Below, piece by piece: positions 43,607 through 57,004 of a stretch of 64,000 bases of DNA. Within the stretch, counting starts at the first letter, position 1, and every line of letters begins with the position of its first letter. This stretch comes from the human T2T-CHM13v2.0 reference genome, Homo sapiens: NCBI RefSeq assembly GCF_009914755.1, contig NC_060926.1; one strand, 5' to 3'. Made by a program: the position numbers and the translations under genes. The notes beneath the pieces were generated by a model, which did no database searches, was not told the origin of the DNA, and saw nothing but the letters and a program-made list of their open reading frames with translations.

Positions 43607-44029
43607 TGGATTAGTCTGTTCTTGCACTGCTCTAAAGAAATACTTGAGACTGGGTAATTTATAAAGAAAAGAGGTTTAATTGGCTTACAGTTTCACAGGC
43701 TGTGAGGAAGCATGATGCTGGCCATCTGCTCGGCTTCTGGGGAGGTACAAGGAAACTCACCATCATGGCAGAAGGTGAAGGGAAGCCAGCACTTCCCATG
43801 GCCAGAGCAGGAGGAAGAGAGAGGCGGGAGGTGCTACATGCTTTTAAACAACAATATCTCACAATAACTTACTCACTGTCAGGAGAATAGCACCTAGGGG
43901 ATGGTGCTAACCCATTCATGAGAACTCCGCCCCCCTGATCCAATTAGCTCCCACCAGGCCCCACCTCCAACACTGGGGATTACAATTCTACATGAGATTC
44001 AGGCAGGAACACAGATCCAAACCATATCA
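43607..44029 (-). mobile_element. MSTA/B MaLR LTR
   Basis: ttagtctgttcttgcactgct...gagactgggtaatttataaagaaaagaggtttaattggc...aaccatatca. Confidence 0.85.
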
Positions 44030-44291
44030 CGCACTAAGTTCGAACATTTGGTGCTCAGTATAATCCTTTGGGGAATGGGAAGAAAATGTAAAAGCTTTAA
44101 TTTATATATATTTTCTTCCCTAAAAAGTAAGGTCTTAAACTGTACTCATATTTATAAGTTGGCAGTAGTACATGTTTTTAATTTTAAAATAAGTCACATA
44201 TATTAGGGATGCATGCTCATTTTTGACTGGTGAGCTATGGGACCAAAATCATTTTGGAAGGTACTGGCTTGGACGGCTGCTGGGTGAGTCC

Positions 44292-44367
44292 TTTGGAGTG
44301 ATGATGTCATGATGTGGGAAACGGGCCTTATGGCTTGTGGAAACAGATGCCCTGTGTTCTGACCAAA
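44292..44367 (+). ncRNA. Candidate orphan box C/D snoRNA (unverified)
   Basis: TTTGG-A-GTGATGA (C box 44298-44304)...CTGA (D box 44359-44362)-CCAAA; 5-bp terminal stem; 76 nt; sense within the inferred intron. Confidence 0.35.
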
Positions 44368-44658
44368 CAAGGGGTCTCCTCCAATACGGACAGGCATGAG
44401 GTCACGCTGGCCTGCTTGGTTCTTTCTAAATTCATTCTGCTGTGCAGACCACCTTTTAAAAGTGATCACAAACCATTTGCTGAATACTTGTGGAACTTGA
44501 ATCCTCACCAATGTCTCCATTTTCTGGAATCCATCCCAACCCCCACCTTGGTCTTTTGGAAAATTGGGCTGTTTGCTCTTTTTTTCCCCTCCTCTCTGAC
44601 TTCTTGGATATGCATTGATGTTTTCCCCTTCCTTCCAAGGAATTATAACCAAAGTAAG

Positions 44659-44669
44659 GTGTGTGTGTG

Positions 44670-44723
<54 letters not shown>
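44659..44723. repeat. Compound (GT)n(CT)n(GT)n microsatellite
   Basis: Read directly. Confidence 0.92.
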
Positions 44724-44726
<3 letters not shown>

Positions 44727-44744
44727 AAAGAACCTGGAATGCGG

Positions 44745-45030
44745 GCTGGGCGCGGTGGCTCACGCCTGTAATCCCAGCACTTTGGGAGGCTGAGGCAGGC
44801 AGATCACGAAGTCAGGAGATTGAGACCATCCTGGCTAACATGGTGAAACCCCATCTCTACTAAAAATACAAAAAATTAGCTGGGCATGGTGGCAGGCCCC
44901 TGTAGTCCTACCTACTTGGGAGGCCGAGGCAGGAGAATTGCTTGAATTCAGGAGGTGGAGCCTGTAGTGAGCCGAGGTTGTGCCACTGCACTCCAGCCTG
45001 GGCGACAGAGCGAGACTCCGTCTCAAAAAA
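44745..45030 (+). mobile_element. Alu SINE
   Basis: Alu body; TSD aaagaacctggaatgc/agagaacctgggatgc. Confidence 0.94.
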
Positions 45031-45753
45031 AGAGAACCTGGGATGCAATTTTCCTGAGCCTTGACATTTGAACTGAAAATAACTAACAAGATCCGAGGAG
45101 TGAGGGGCAGGAAAAAGAGTGAGGCCCTGAGACAGGTTGACCTGCCTTCTAATTCTGACTCTGCTCTTTATAGCTGTGTGCCTCTGGGCAAGTTGCTTAA
45201 CCTCTCTGATTTCCAGTTTTATTTTAAAGTTGAAGAGGTGCTAATCTATCTGGTGAGGTTGTGGGAAAAATTAATGAAACACATGAAAGTCCCTTAAACT
45301 TGCTAGGACTTACTAAATGCCAGTTCTGTCTCCTTCCTAACACCTTCCCCCAACCCCCAATCTCTTCACGCTCACTCTTGTACATTTCCACCCTGCTGGA
45401 AAACAAAGATGAGAACAAAATGTGCATTGCTGAGACTTACTGTTAGACTGTTTTTTAAGGTGTCCTTGATTTTGGTTAGCCTGGTCTTTTCTCTGTGATC
45501 TCTCTCATGAGTTCTTTACTCCAGTCTTTATTCTGCTTTAAGGAGAGTTTTGGGCATTCTTAGTTAAGTGTGGTGTTTGGCTGATGTTGAAATAACTCAT
45601 TCATTATGAGCCTCCCCATCCCCATTAAATGCCTTAATTTCATAGGAGACAAAAAATTTAAGAAATAATGCCATTGTATACCTCCTACCCCATTGCATAT
45701 ATTAAGTAAAAGGAAATGAGTCTTGAGAACATTGAGAATGAAAACGTTTGAGT

Positions 45754-46050
<297 letters not shown>

Positions 46051-47749
46051 TTGATTAGGCTCATTTGAAAAGCTCTCTGGTAGTTATGGAATGAGAACCT
46101 TACTGTTTGAAGATAATGCTGCTGTTGTTTCTAATGGATGTGAGAGGGCCTGGGGAACCTCCCTAACCTGTTTGCTGCTTTACATAGACCAGGGCTTCCT
46201 GGATCGCTGGGTACCGGCATTGGCAGCTGGGTTTCTTTCAGCCCTGGGGACTGGCCACCGCTCTTCCGCAGCCATGTGCCTGCATGCTGGGTCTGAGGAT
46301 GCCATTCTCTTCTGCATTTCATTGGAGTGTTGTATTACTTCATGAATGGAAGGAATTTAAAAAGTCACTCTGGAGTCATTAGAAAAGTATGGCTATGAAG
46401 AAAAGTAGGTCTTTGAGTTTCTTAGCTTAGTCTGTTGCTAGTATAAGTGGGTGTGGTGGTCCCTTTCCACTCGAAGAAAATATTTTATTGTTTAGTTAAA
46501 AAAAAACCCTTTTAATTTATAACTGGAATTTCAACATGAATGTTAATGTAGTTTGGGTTCCTGCTCTCTCTCGCTCTCTTTCTTTTTTCCTGAGAGAGTG
46601 ATTTTGTACCATCAGACTGTTTTGAAGTTCTTAGTCATTTTGTTTCTTTATTAGTAAAATGGGATAATGGTACAGCATGGATGTGAGCATTAGAATACTG
46701 TGATTTGGGAAAAGAACCCAGTGCTGTAACGGAAGTCTAATAGCTGCTCAGTACATAGTAAATGCTATTTCAAATTTAGATTAAAGAAAAAACATGTTCA
46801 CGGTCTATGCAGGCAGTGTAGCTCTATATGAAAAGGAACCTATTGATTAAATACTTAGAAAGTTTCAAAAAGCCCCCTTTTAAATCCTAAGATATTGGCA
46901 TTCATGTGATGGATGTCTTGAGGCAGATAACACAGTTGAATCTTTTTAGTGGAAGAAACACAGATCTTTTCACATGAAGTTGTACTTGAAAAATATTGCC
47001 ATAATTAAAATATACAGTGTAGTTATCAGGAAATGTACATTTTTTTGTATCTTGAAGGAGCCTTACAGAGTTAATAAAAAAAAAAAGAAAAGAAAAGAAA
47101 AAAAAGGAACAGCCTCTAATGGAAATTAGCATGTGATTGAAGTTGTTTTTGTTTTGTTGTCCTCTTTCCTTCTGTCTGAGGTCTTACACCCGGTAATAGA
47201 ATCAGCGTTGGGATGAGCAAGTCCTATGACTGTGTTCACTGATGGCATCCTGTCCTCCTCCTTCCACGTCTATGCCTGGCAGTCCGTAAGCTTGGATGGG
47301 AAAAAAATAGACGCTGAGTTCTAACTGAAATTTGGCATTTTCTTCCATTGTGAATATAGGGAACAAACCAAAGTAATATTAGAAATACCTTGACCTTTGT
47401 CATTAATAAATCCATATCGCACTACAGTTGTTGCAGAGATCTCTAAATATTTTTTACACTCATCACTACTTAAAAATGGTGGTACAGAATAAAACCATTT
47501 TTAGATCTTGTTACTTGGTGTAACTTAATGAAGAAGCACTCATACCGTATCACAATGGAAAAATATTGTGATAACTAAATCTAATTTGTTTGCCTTGTAA
47601 TCTTTGGTGTTTTATTTCATGCATTTAAAAATGTTATTTTGAGGAAACATCCACGGGCTTCATCAGATTGCTGGGGGAGTCCAGAGCATGCAAAAGTTAA
47701 GACACCTGCTCTGTCGCCTCTGGTCTAAATTTTATCCTGACTGATAATG

Positions 47750-47920
47750 CAGTGGTCCTCAACCCTTGCTGCCCATTGGAATCACCTGGGGGAGTTTTAA
47801 GAATTCTAGCACTCTGGCCATACCCCAGACTAATTAACTGCAGATCTCAGGATTCCCCTGGTGATTGCCCTTGGTTCCAGGGGATTCCAGTGTGCAGTGA
47901 AAGTTGAGAACCATTGGTCT
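47750..47920. mobile_element. MER5A hAT DNA transposon
   Basis: cagtggtcctcaacc...gaatcacctggg...gttgagaaccattg with terminal inverted repeats. Confidence 0.75.
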
Positions 47921-48205
47921 AAGTGTTCATACAAACTAACCTTCTTCCCTCTCTTCTTCCTTTCTGATTCTTTAAATAAGAAATTAAGTTTCATGCTTAT
48001 GATAGAAAATTCAAACTGTGCAGGAGAGCATGGCTCTCTCACCTTTCCAGAAAAAACTATTGCTGACAAGTTTTGTGCATAAACAATCATTGTAGACATC
48101 ACACATCCATACATTATCCACGATGAGATTATACTATACATGTTATACACATGGACACACTGTATGCAGTTTTTCACTTCTATCGTAGAGAACTTTCTGA
48201 GCTAG

Positions 48206-48549
<344 letters not shown>

Positions 48550-49169
48550 TGGTGTTTATGATTTGCCTGGGGAGCTTTATCCCTCCAGGCTTAATTTAGG
48601 AGTAACTTGGAGACCATGGATCCTATTTCCCTCTTTTAAGAAATAGTGCAATGGGAAGGAAAGAACAGCCGTGAGGTCAGGCCCAGGCAAGTTGCTTATC
48701 CATCTGTGAATCTTTTTGCTCATCTGTTAGGTGGAGATAAAGAAAGCTTCCTTACAGGGCTGTTGTGCAATGTACAAGATCAGTGACAGGCAGCTATTAC
48801 CATTATCCTCCTTGTGGATTCTACTCCCCAGAGAAGCTGAAATGTTTTATAGGCCCCCCAGAGATTTTTCCACTAGCAAGCATGTGATAGAAAGCAAGGG
48901 TGAGTAAAAAAAAAAAATCCCTGTGCATCTACTACAGACAGAATTTAGAGGCTCTACACCCATGTCTTGGGATTGCCACGGTTATCTGGTTGGATTTGGA
49001 GTTGGGTTCAAGGCCACACAGATGTTGAATGAGCCTTGTGAGCTCTTCTTTATTAACCTAGTACTTATACCAGGTTAATAAACTCTTGGAAATGCCCCCA
49101 CATGCTTATAGACCCACATCTGTGCATTTCATCTCAATTGCGAAAGCAATTACATTGAAAATGAGAGTT

Positions 49170-49610
49170 GGTATCAGAGCTCCTGGCAGGAAACAATTCA
49201 CCTCAGATGGTTTGAATGAAGCCTAATGAAAGGAATAATTATAGAGGTTGAGGGATCCACCAAGGCACTAACAGCAGTGGAAAAGCCCTATCACCTCTAA
49301 GGCTGAGGGGCCTGGGGAGGAAGTAGAGTTACTGGAGTGCAGTGAGACCTGGAACAGTGGAGGAGGAGCTGCCCAGAAGGAGCTATAGTCAAGGAAGAAG
49401 GTTACCCAAAGATGTGGCACCCAGTGAGAGAGGGAGCCAGAGAGAAATACCCAGACCTCTCTCTTCCTTCCTCCAGTTCCCCACTGGGTGCCTGATTGGC
49501 TGAACCAATGCGAAGCCAGCAGGCAGGGAAGCCAGGTGTATACAGGGGTCAGCTGGTTGGAGGGTGAGAATGGGTGGGGGTGAGGCCAAGAGAATCACCA
49601 GATAACAGGC
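49170..49610 (-). mobile_element. LTR33-like ERVL LTR
   Basis: ggcaggaaaca...attggctgaacc...gaagccagcaggcaggga motifs as recalled. Confidence 0.5.
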
Positions 49611-50520
49611 AGGGAGGCTGTCAGATGTCAGCACTGTGAGGCTCCTGGCAGAATGCTGAGCACTTAGGTGCTAGATGTAAATGTTCCCTTTCCCTGGCCT
49701 CCTAGCATCTTGATAGTAGTGTGTTTACCCCTATCAGCAAGGCCATTGAGACAGAAGGAGGAATACTAAAAAGCAAACCCTCTGGATCATGATGCTATAT
49801 TTTCCTGAGCTCTGGCTCTCCTGGTGTCCAGCAGAGAAGTTCTCCATGTAAATTGTCCCCTGGTTTCTGCTCCCTATGCCCAGAAGCAGTCTAATTCACA
49901 GCCCATAGGTGCCCCTGGGCAGGCAAGACAGCCATGACACCAAGCAAGGAGATATTATTAATAATTGGGAGGCCCCCTCCCTTGCTTCTTCTGACACCAG
50001 TGCCTGGAGATTTCCTCTCATCCCCTGTGGTAGATAGAGGACCACGCTTGTGCTGGGTTTGCTCCATCAGCCACTCTGCAGGTTGGGCCTCTCAGAGATT
50101 AAGAGAAGAGTGGCTACCTCCATAATTTGAGCCTTTCAGTGTATTTAAAAAGTGAAAAAGTACATAGGGTTAGAAACACCATAGACAGTTTTAAATATTT
50201 ACATTGAAGACCTGGATGCTTTTTAACACAAGGAAACATAATAGAATACAGTTATGCTTTTCACAAGATAATAATAGGAGTCACAAAAATATGGAGACAT
50301 AGCACATTATAGGTGTGGCCTGGTAATGAATATATGTTCAAAGTTATGTGACGAATGTCTTCTGCTTTCAATCCCATTGTTTGGATCTCTGTGAGGCTCC
50401 AGGACTCCATTGGGAGAGAGGATCAGAAGTCTGAATCTGAGGCTGTTGTGACTTGGGCTGGTGCCAAATCTGCACCCCACCCCTGCATGTTCTGTACACT
50501 TGGATTCCCCTTGCCTCTAG

Positions 50521-50597
50521 GCCTTCTCAGTCCCAGGTTTGGAAAGATTCAAGGTTGGGGCATGCCTGCATTTTGCATAATTATGCAGCCCATAGAG
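50521..50597 (+). other. Candidate 77-nt cassette or cryptic exon
   Basis: Acceptor ttccccttgcctctag|G and consensus donor GAG|GTGAGT; no transcript evidence available. Confidence 0.3.
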
Positions 50598-50611
50598 GTG
50601 AGTGAGTGACA

Positions 50612-52029
50612 TCCCACTCACCGCCATGGGACCTCACTCACGCCCTGTGGGACCCACTCACTGCCATGGGACCTCACTCACGCCCTATGGGACCCGCTTA
50701 CCGCCATGGGACCTCACTCACGCCCTATGGGAGCCTCCCACTGCCATGGGACCTCACTCACTCATGCCCTGTGGGACCCACTCACTGCCATGGGACCTCA
50801 CTCACCCATGCCCTGTGGGACCCACTCACCGCCATGGGACCTCACTCACCCATGCCCTGTGGGACCCACTCACCGCCATGGGACCTCACTCACCCATGCC
50901 CTGTGGGACCCACTCACCGCCATGGGACCTCACTCACTCACGCCCTATGGGAGCCGCCCACTGCCATGGGACCTCACTCACTCATGCCCTGTGGGACCCA
51001 CTCACTGCCATGGGACCTCACTCACTCATGCCCTGTGGGACCCACTCACTGCCATGGGACCTCACTCACGCCCTATGGGACCTGCTTACCGCCATGGGAC
51101 CTCACTCACGCCCTATGGGAGCCTCCCACTGCCATGGGACCTCACTCACTCATGCCCTGTGGGACCCACTCACTGCCATGGGACCTCACTCACCCATGCC
51201 CTGTGGGACCCACTCACCGCCATGGGACCTCACTCACTCATCCACTGTGGGACCCGCCCACCACCTTGGGACCTCACTCACTCATGCCCTATGGGACCCG
51301 CCCACTGCCATGGGACCTCACTCACGCCCTATGGGACCCGCTTACCGCCATGGGACCTCACTCACGCCCTGTGGGACCCGCCCACCGCCATGGGACCTCA
51401 CTCACGCCCTGTGGGACCCGCCCACCGCCATGGGACCTCACTCACTCAAGCCCTATGGGACCCGCCCACTGCCATGGGACCTCACTCACTCATGCCCTAT
51501 GGGACCTGGTTACTGCCGTGGGACCTCACTCATGCCCTATGGGACCCGCCCACTGCCATGGGACCTCACTCACTCATCCCCTCTGGGACCCGCCCACTGC
51601 CATGGGACCTCACTCACTCATCCCCTCTGGGACCCACCCACCACCATGGGACCTCATTCACTCACGCCCTATGGGACCCGCCCACCGCCATGGGAACTCA
51701 CTCACACCCTATGGGACCCGCTTACCACCATGGGACCCGCTTACCACCATGGGACCTCACGCCCTGTGGGACCTGCTTACCACCATGGGACCCGCCCACC
51801 GCCATGGAAACTCACTCACGCCCTATGGGACCCGCCCACCGCCATGGGACCTCACTCACGCCCTATGGGACCCGCCCACCGCCATGGGACCTCACTCACG
51901 CCCTATGGGACCCGCCCACCGCCATGGGACCTCACTCACGCCCTATGGGACCCGTCCACTGCCATGGGACCTCACTCACTCATCCCCTGTGGGACCCACT
52001 CACTGCCATGGGACCTCAGTCACTCACAG
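50612..52029. repeat. Minisatellite/VNTR of about 35 units, mostly 40 or 44 nt (ccatgggacctcactca[ctca]cgccctRtgggacccRcYcacYg)
   Basis: Tandem array read directly; about 33 CCATGG cores counted; each unit is a diverged dimer of roughly 20-nt halves. Confidence 0.96.
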
Positions 52030-52242
52030 CTCTTCTTTCTGTTGCCAAATGTTGCACTGCCAATCTTCCCCAAAGGAAATAAAGGAAGTAAATGTAAAAT
52101 CAATGTCTTTTTAATTTTTTACAAAATAATGAACTATCTGTTGAAAAAATTGGGAAGCCAGAGACTTCACTAATGAACGTGGTAACTATGTTTGTCTCCA
52201 AGTTATGTGCAAATGTGACTGAGTTTATCTTCTTAGTTTTAA

Positions 52243-52708
<466 letters not shown>

Positions 52709-54679
52709 AGAGTCCACATTTTTAATCAAGGCCCCAAGTGGTTAAAAAAATAACTTAAGGAGCACTGTGACATGGGAATATTGATCCCCTTAAGCCCTTT
52801 TTAAAGTGCTGAGGCTTAATCAGGAGACCCTTGGTCTTCTTTCTTTTTTTTTATTATTAAATTGGAATTGTAAAATTCCTCCTGGACCTTCTCCTGACTA
52901 ACTGTTTTAATCCCTGTACCTCAGGCTGCCTGTCATTGGCAGGACAAATGCACAAGAACTGATTTCCCTGGAGAGGGTTCTTGGTGTCACATGGTGGGAG
53001 ATGCTGTCTTGTTTAAAAACAAAGAAATAAAACCCTTCATTGAACTCGATGGTCTCCCTGAAGAGGCTGGAAACGTAATCCAGTGGTGTCTGTTTGTTTC
53101 CAGCCCATGTTGTTATTAATCCTGTTACAAATGATAATGCTTTGCCTTTACAGGCTTGCTGTCTCGGAGGAGTTTTCTGTATTGCCTGCTAGGCCCTGCT
53201 GGGTGATTAAGCCACTCACTCAGAGTCTTACAGGCCACTCGAGGACGATTTCCTTATAGCAGACGACTGACTATACTTCTCGAGCAGTGTTTGCTGAGTG
53301 ACATATTAACTCTTGCTTATGGTTCCTTGGGAGGAGAAGGCCCTAATGCTATGGGGGTTAAGGCCCAGAGACATGGGCTTCTCCGCTCCACTCTCTCCCT
53401 CCCTTCCCTCATCATTAGAAGTTTCTCGGCCCCTTCCATAGGGGCAACGGCAGGGCTGTAGCTCTTTGTTCTTATGCCCTATTTTATTTTATTTTTTTAT
53501 CCTATGGAAAAAAAATACCCAGAGCCCCGCAAAACAAGAGGTACTTAATTTAATACTTTTGTAAATAAGAGCCATAGCATTTTCACCCACCAGGTGTTAT
53601 TAATAGTTTCCACTTATAATACATAGACTTTGTGGCCAATTAAGGCAGCAGGTAATGAGGAGGAATTTGGGAGAAACGAATATGGGTCAGGGAACGGATG
53701 GCACGCAGGAAAGAGCTTCAGAGGGGCACTTGGCCCTCTCCACCTATCTCAGATGAAGTCTTTCAAAACTCTGAAATGGGTGTGGACTTTTTCACAACTG
53801 TTGCAATACGAGAGGCTGCGACTTATTTATATAAGGAAATGGCCCTGCTCCCACCCACTCCTCCCCTTCTGTGTCCTCCTCCATATCCTGCCAGGCCTAT
53901 CCATGCTGTGTTCAGACATGCAGGTCAGAGGGCACAGGCAAGCCCCGTTTTGGGGAAGTCCTGATTAGACCTGTCACGGGAGACAAGAAACTCAGTGGTT
54001 CCGCCCGTCCAGGTGTCCCCATTGCCTGCACGGAGCTGTCAGTGGTTTTGATTCTCAGGCTGTGTAAGCTGGTGGTAAGCCTCCATTATCTACCCCACAA
54101 CACTCTTTTTATTTGAAGTCAGAGGACACTGACCACACCCCTGAGACTCTAAATCTCATCCAAGGAAATGGCCTCTCCAAGATCCATACCGTTTTACCAA
54201 GCCATAGGTGGGAGTTTTCTAGAAACACGAGCCATCCTGACAACTGTGCTGTCTGACTCTCTCTAATGAGCTGTGAGGCGATCAAGTTAATTAAAGAGAA
54301 ACTCTGCTTGTTAAAATTCAAGCTAGAAGCATCTTTTTGTATCTGAGTTTGAATCTGGTCAGTGTTCTTGAGGGCACCACCGTGAGGTGTCTTGGTCATC
54401 TGTGACCTTTCCTGGAGGATAATGACATCCCTTCTAAACAAAGAACAGACTTTTTCATCAATGCTAACTCTTAGGAATAACAGAGGCTCAGTGACCGCCC
54501 TGTGTTTTGGGTCAGTCCTGCAGAAGAGGGAGAACTCTCCTGGGCGCTTATTCACATTGTCTGATGGCAGGTGGATGGGGTGGGTTAGGACGCGCAAACT
54601 TTGTTCATGGTCAGGAGTTTGGCACATGTGAAACAGTCCCTAGGAGAGTGCTCTCTTTCCCCACCGCCCAGAATTCCTG

Positions 54680-55620
54680 TGTCTTGGACATCTCTGCTGC
54701 CACCACCCTGGCCCAGGCTCCTGCCATTTCTGGCCTGGAAGATGCCGTGTCCTTTGCTTCCATTCTCACTTCCCTGTCTGCACGGCATCCACATTGAGCT
54801 TCTGAAAATGCAAAGCAGATCATTGAGGTCCATCTGCTTCTCCATTCTCCTGCAGAGTGACGAAGTGGTTGAGAGCTTGGTTTCTGAAGTTGGTCTGATT
54901 GTGTTTCAGTCCTTAACTAGGTCTGACTTGGAGCAGCTGAATTGAATTGTGTCCTCATCTGTAAAGTGGCATGCTGATAGGAGTGGAATCTACTTGTTGG
55001 AATGTTGTAAGGATTACCTTTTTATATGGAGCACTTAGGACAGGGCCTGGCACATAGTAAGTACTGGAAAAAATGTTGGTTGTTATTTTTATTGTCAATA
55101 TTCTACTAAAATTCAGGGCCATCCTTTTTAAGCTTAGATGCCAACACAGACTCTTGGTCATACCTCTGGCCCAGGTGACATCTCCAGCTTCATTTTCACT
55201 TGTCCTCCTGCCTCCCTCTGTTTCTAGCCACACTGGCTCTTTCAGGATCTCCAAAGTACCATGCTCTCCCCAGCTCCAGGGCCTTTGCACATGGTGTTCT
55301 TTTTCTGAGAAAGCTTCCTTCCTTCCCTCTTTTTCTGGCCAACTCCTGCCTCTTCCTATCTGCACTTAAATGTCCTTTCCTTCCGCAGGGAGGCCTCCCT
55401 GGACCCCTCAGCTGAGAGCAGATCCCCATTATTCTCTGCTGCTCTCCCCGCCGTTCTTTTCTTCATAGCAGTTGCCACAGTTTGTAATTCTGTATTCATC
55501 CGTAGGCTTGCTTGATTTATATCTTCAAGCTCTCCTATACTTTATGCTCCAGGAAGCCTAGGACGTCCAGCAGCACACAACGCAGGCCTGGCCTCTACTG
55601 CTCCCTAACTGTGAGATGAA
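54680..55620. mobile_element. L2 LINE remnant with nested MIR (about 54870-55080)
   Basis: cagggcctttgcacatg, tttctagccacactggc and aaatgtcctttcc L2 motifs; MIR core ctcatctgtaaa. Confidence 0.6.
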
Positions 55621-57004
55621 TGAATGCTGCTCCCCCAGCTCAGCTTGTGCGCTTCTGCACAGGCCGCCGGTCTATGCATGAGATCTTGTTTATTTGCATA
55701 CAGAGACCCTTCCGAATACATTTCTAGGTCACAGGTTCTCAAACCGTAGTGTGCATCAGAAACACCTGGAGGGGATCATGGAGTGCCAAAAAGGAAATGA
55801 AGGCTGGAAGAAAAGTGCAAAACATGGCTTGTTATGGGCTGTCCAGATAAGTTCGTCCAGGTCTCTGTCTGCTTGGCCTGTGTCATTCTTCTTAGGTCTG
55901 TGTGAGGTTGTTAACGACTCCTGCCTCTTTTGTTGCCCAGGTGGTAAAATCTAGGGGCTAGAAAGGACTGAGCTACAGGATCCCCCAGGAGAAGAATGTT
56001 TTAAAAGAGTTCCTTATAGAGGCCCAAAGCAAGGATCCCAGTGGTTTGGTTGTAGCTAAATTTAGAGTAGTTGGTGGCTGCTCCTTCTGCCACTCATTCC
56101 TCTAGACATGCTCCTTGTAAGGCACTCTTGAGTTGGCTCCCTGTGCCCCTTTTACCTGACGAGAGCCACGAGAGAGCTCTCAGGTTTACCAGTAGCCCCG
56201 GAACAAGTAGTCCGTTTCGAGGGCTGTGATCCCCTCCCTCCACATCACAGCCTTCACGACATTCCTCATGGGTTTCAGGGGCTTTGCATGGGCCCTGAGC
56301 AACTCCTCATCTCTCTTGTGTTATGGAGGGAGATGGTGGTGTGGCCAGAGTGCAACTGGGACGTTGGACTCGGACACATCCAGGTTTGATGCAGCATGCC
56401 TTCAGGTAGCTCGCTTCTTGTCAGGGTTTCTCGTTCTATAAATTGGGAATGATGATATCTAGGTAAGCTTATGGTGTAGGGATTAAGCAGAGCCTCCAGA
56501 TATGGAGGAACCAAAATCATCATCTAAGTCTTGCTAGTCTTTGGCATTTTACTGTTAATATAAGCAAGTGATTGATTCTTACTAAGCCTCAGCATCCTCC
56601 ATCATATTGGGTTTAGAATGGTACTTACTTCGTAGGGTTCTTGGGAAGATAAAATACTTATAAAACTGCTAAAATCCAAATCAAATCTGTAGTTAATAGT
56701 ATCATGCCAATGTTAATTTTTTTGTTTTGACAGATATATCATGGTTTTGTAAGATGTTAACTTTAGGGGAAGCTGGCCAAAGAGCATACGGGGACTCTGT
56801 ACTATCTTTGCAACTTTTCTGCAAATTTAAAATGATTCAAAAATGAAAGCTTATTTTTTAAAAAAGCTTGTGAAACATTTGCAAAGTGCTTGGGGGTTTA
56901 GTAAGCCCTTAGTAAATGGTGACCATTACTAGTGTTACTAACAAAACCATGGTTACTACTATTGATATTTTGAAGGGTCATTATAACCAATGTGTTGTCT
57001 AGCT

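Noticed and set aside
50612-52029. CRISPR-like array
   Set aside because: Units are contiguous with no unique spacers, there are no cas genes, and the context is human
50602-52173. 523-aa ORF as a genuine CDS
   Set aside because: All three frames are open and the unit length is not a multiple of 3, so the ORF follows from repeat composition; kept only as a hypothesis in findings
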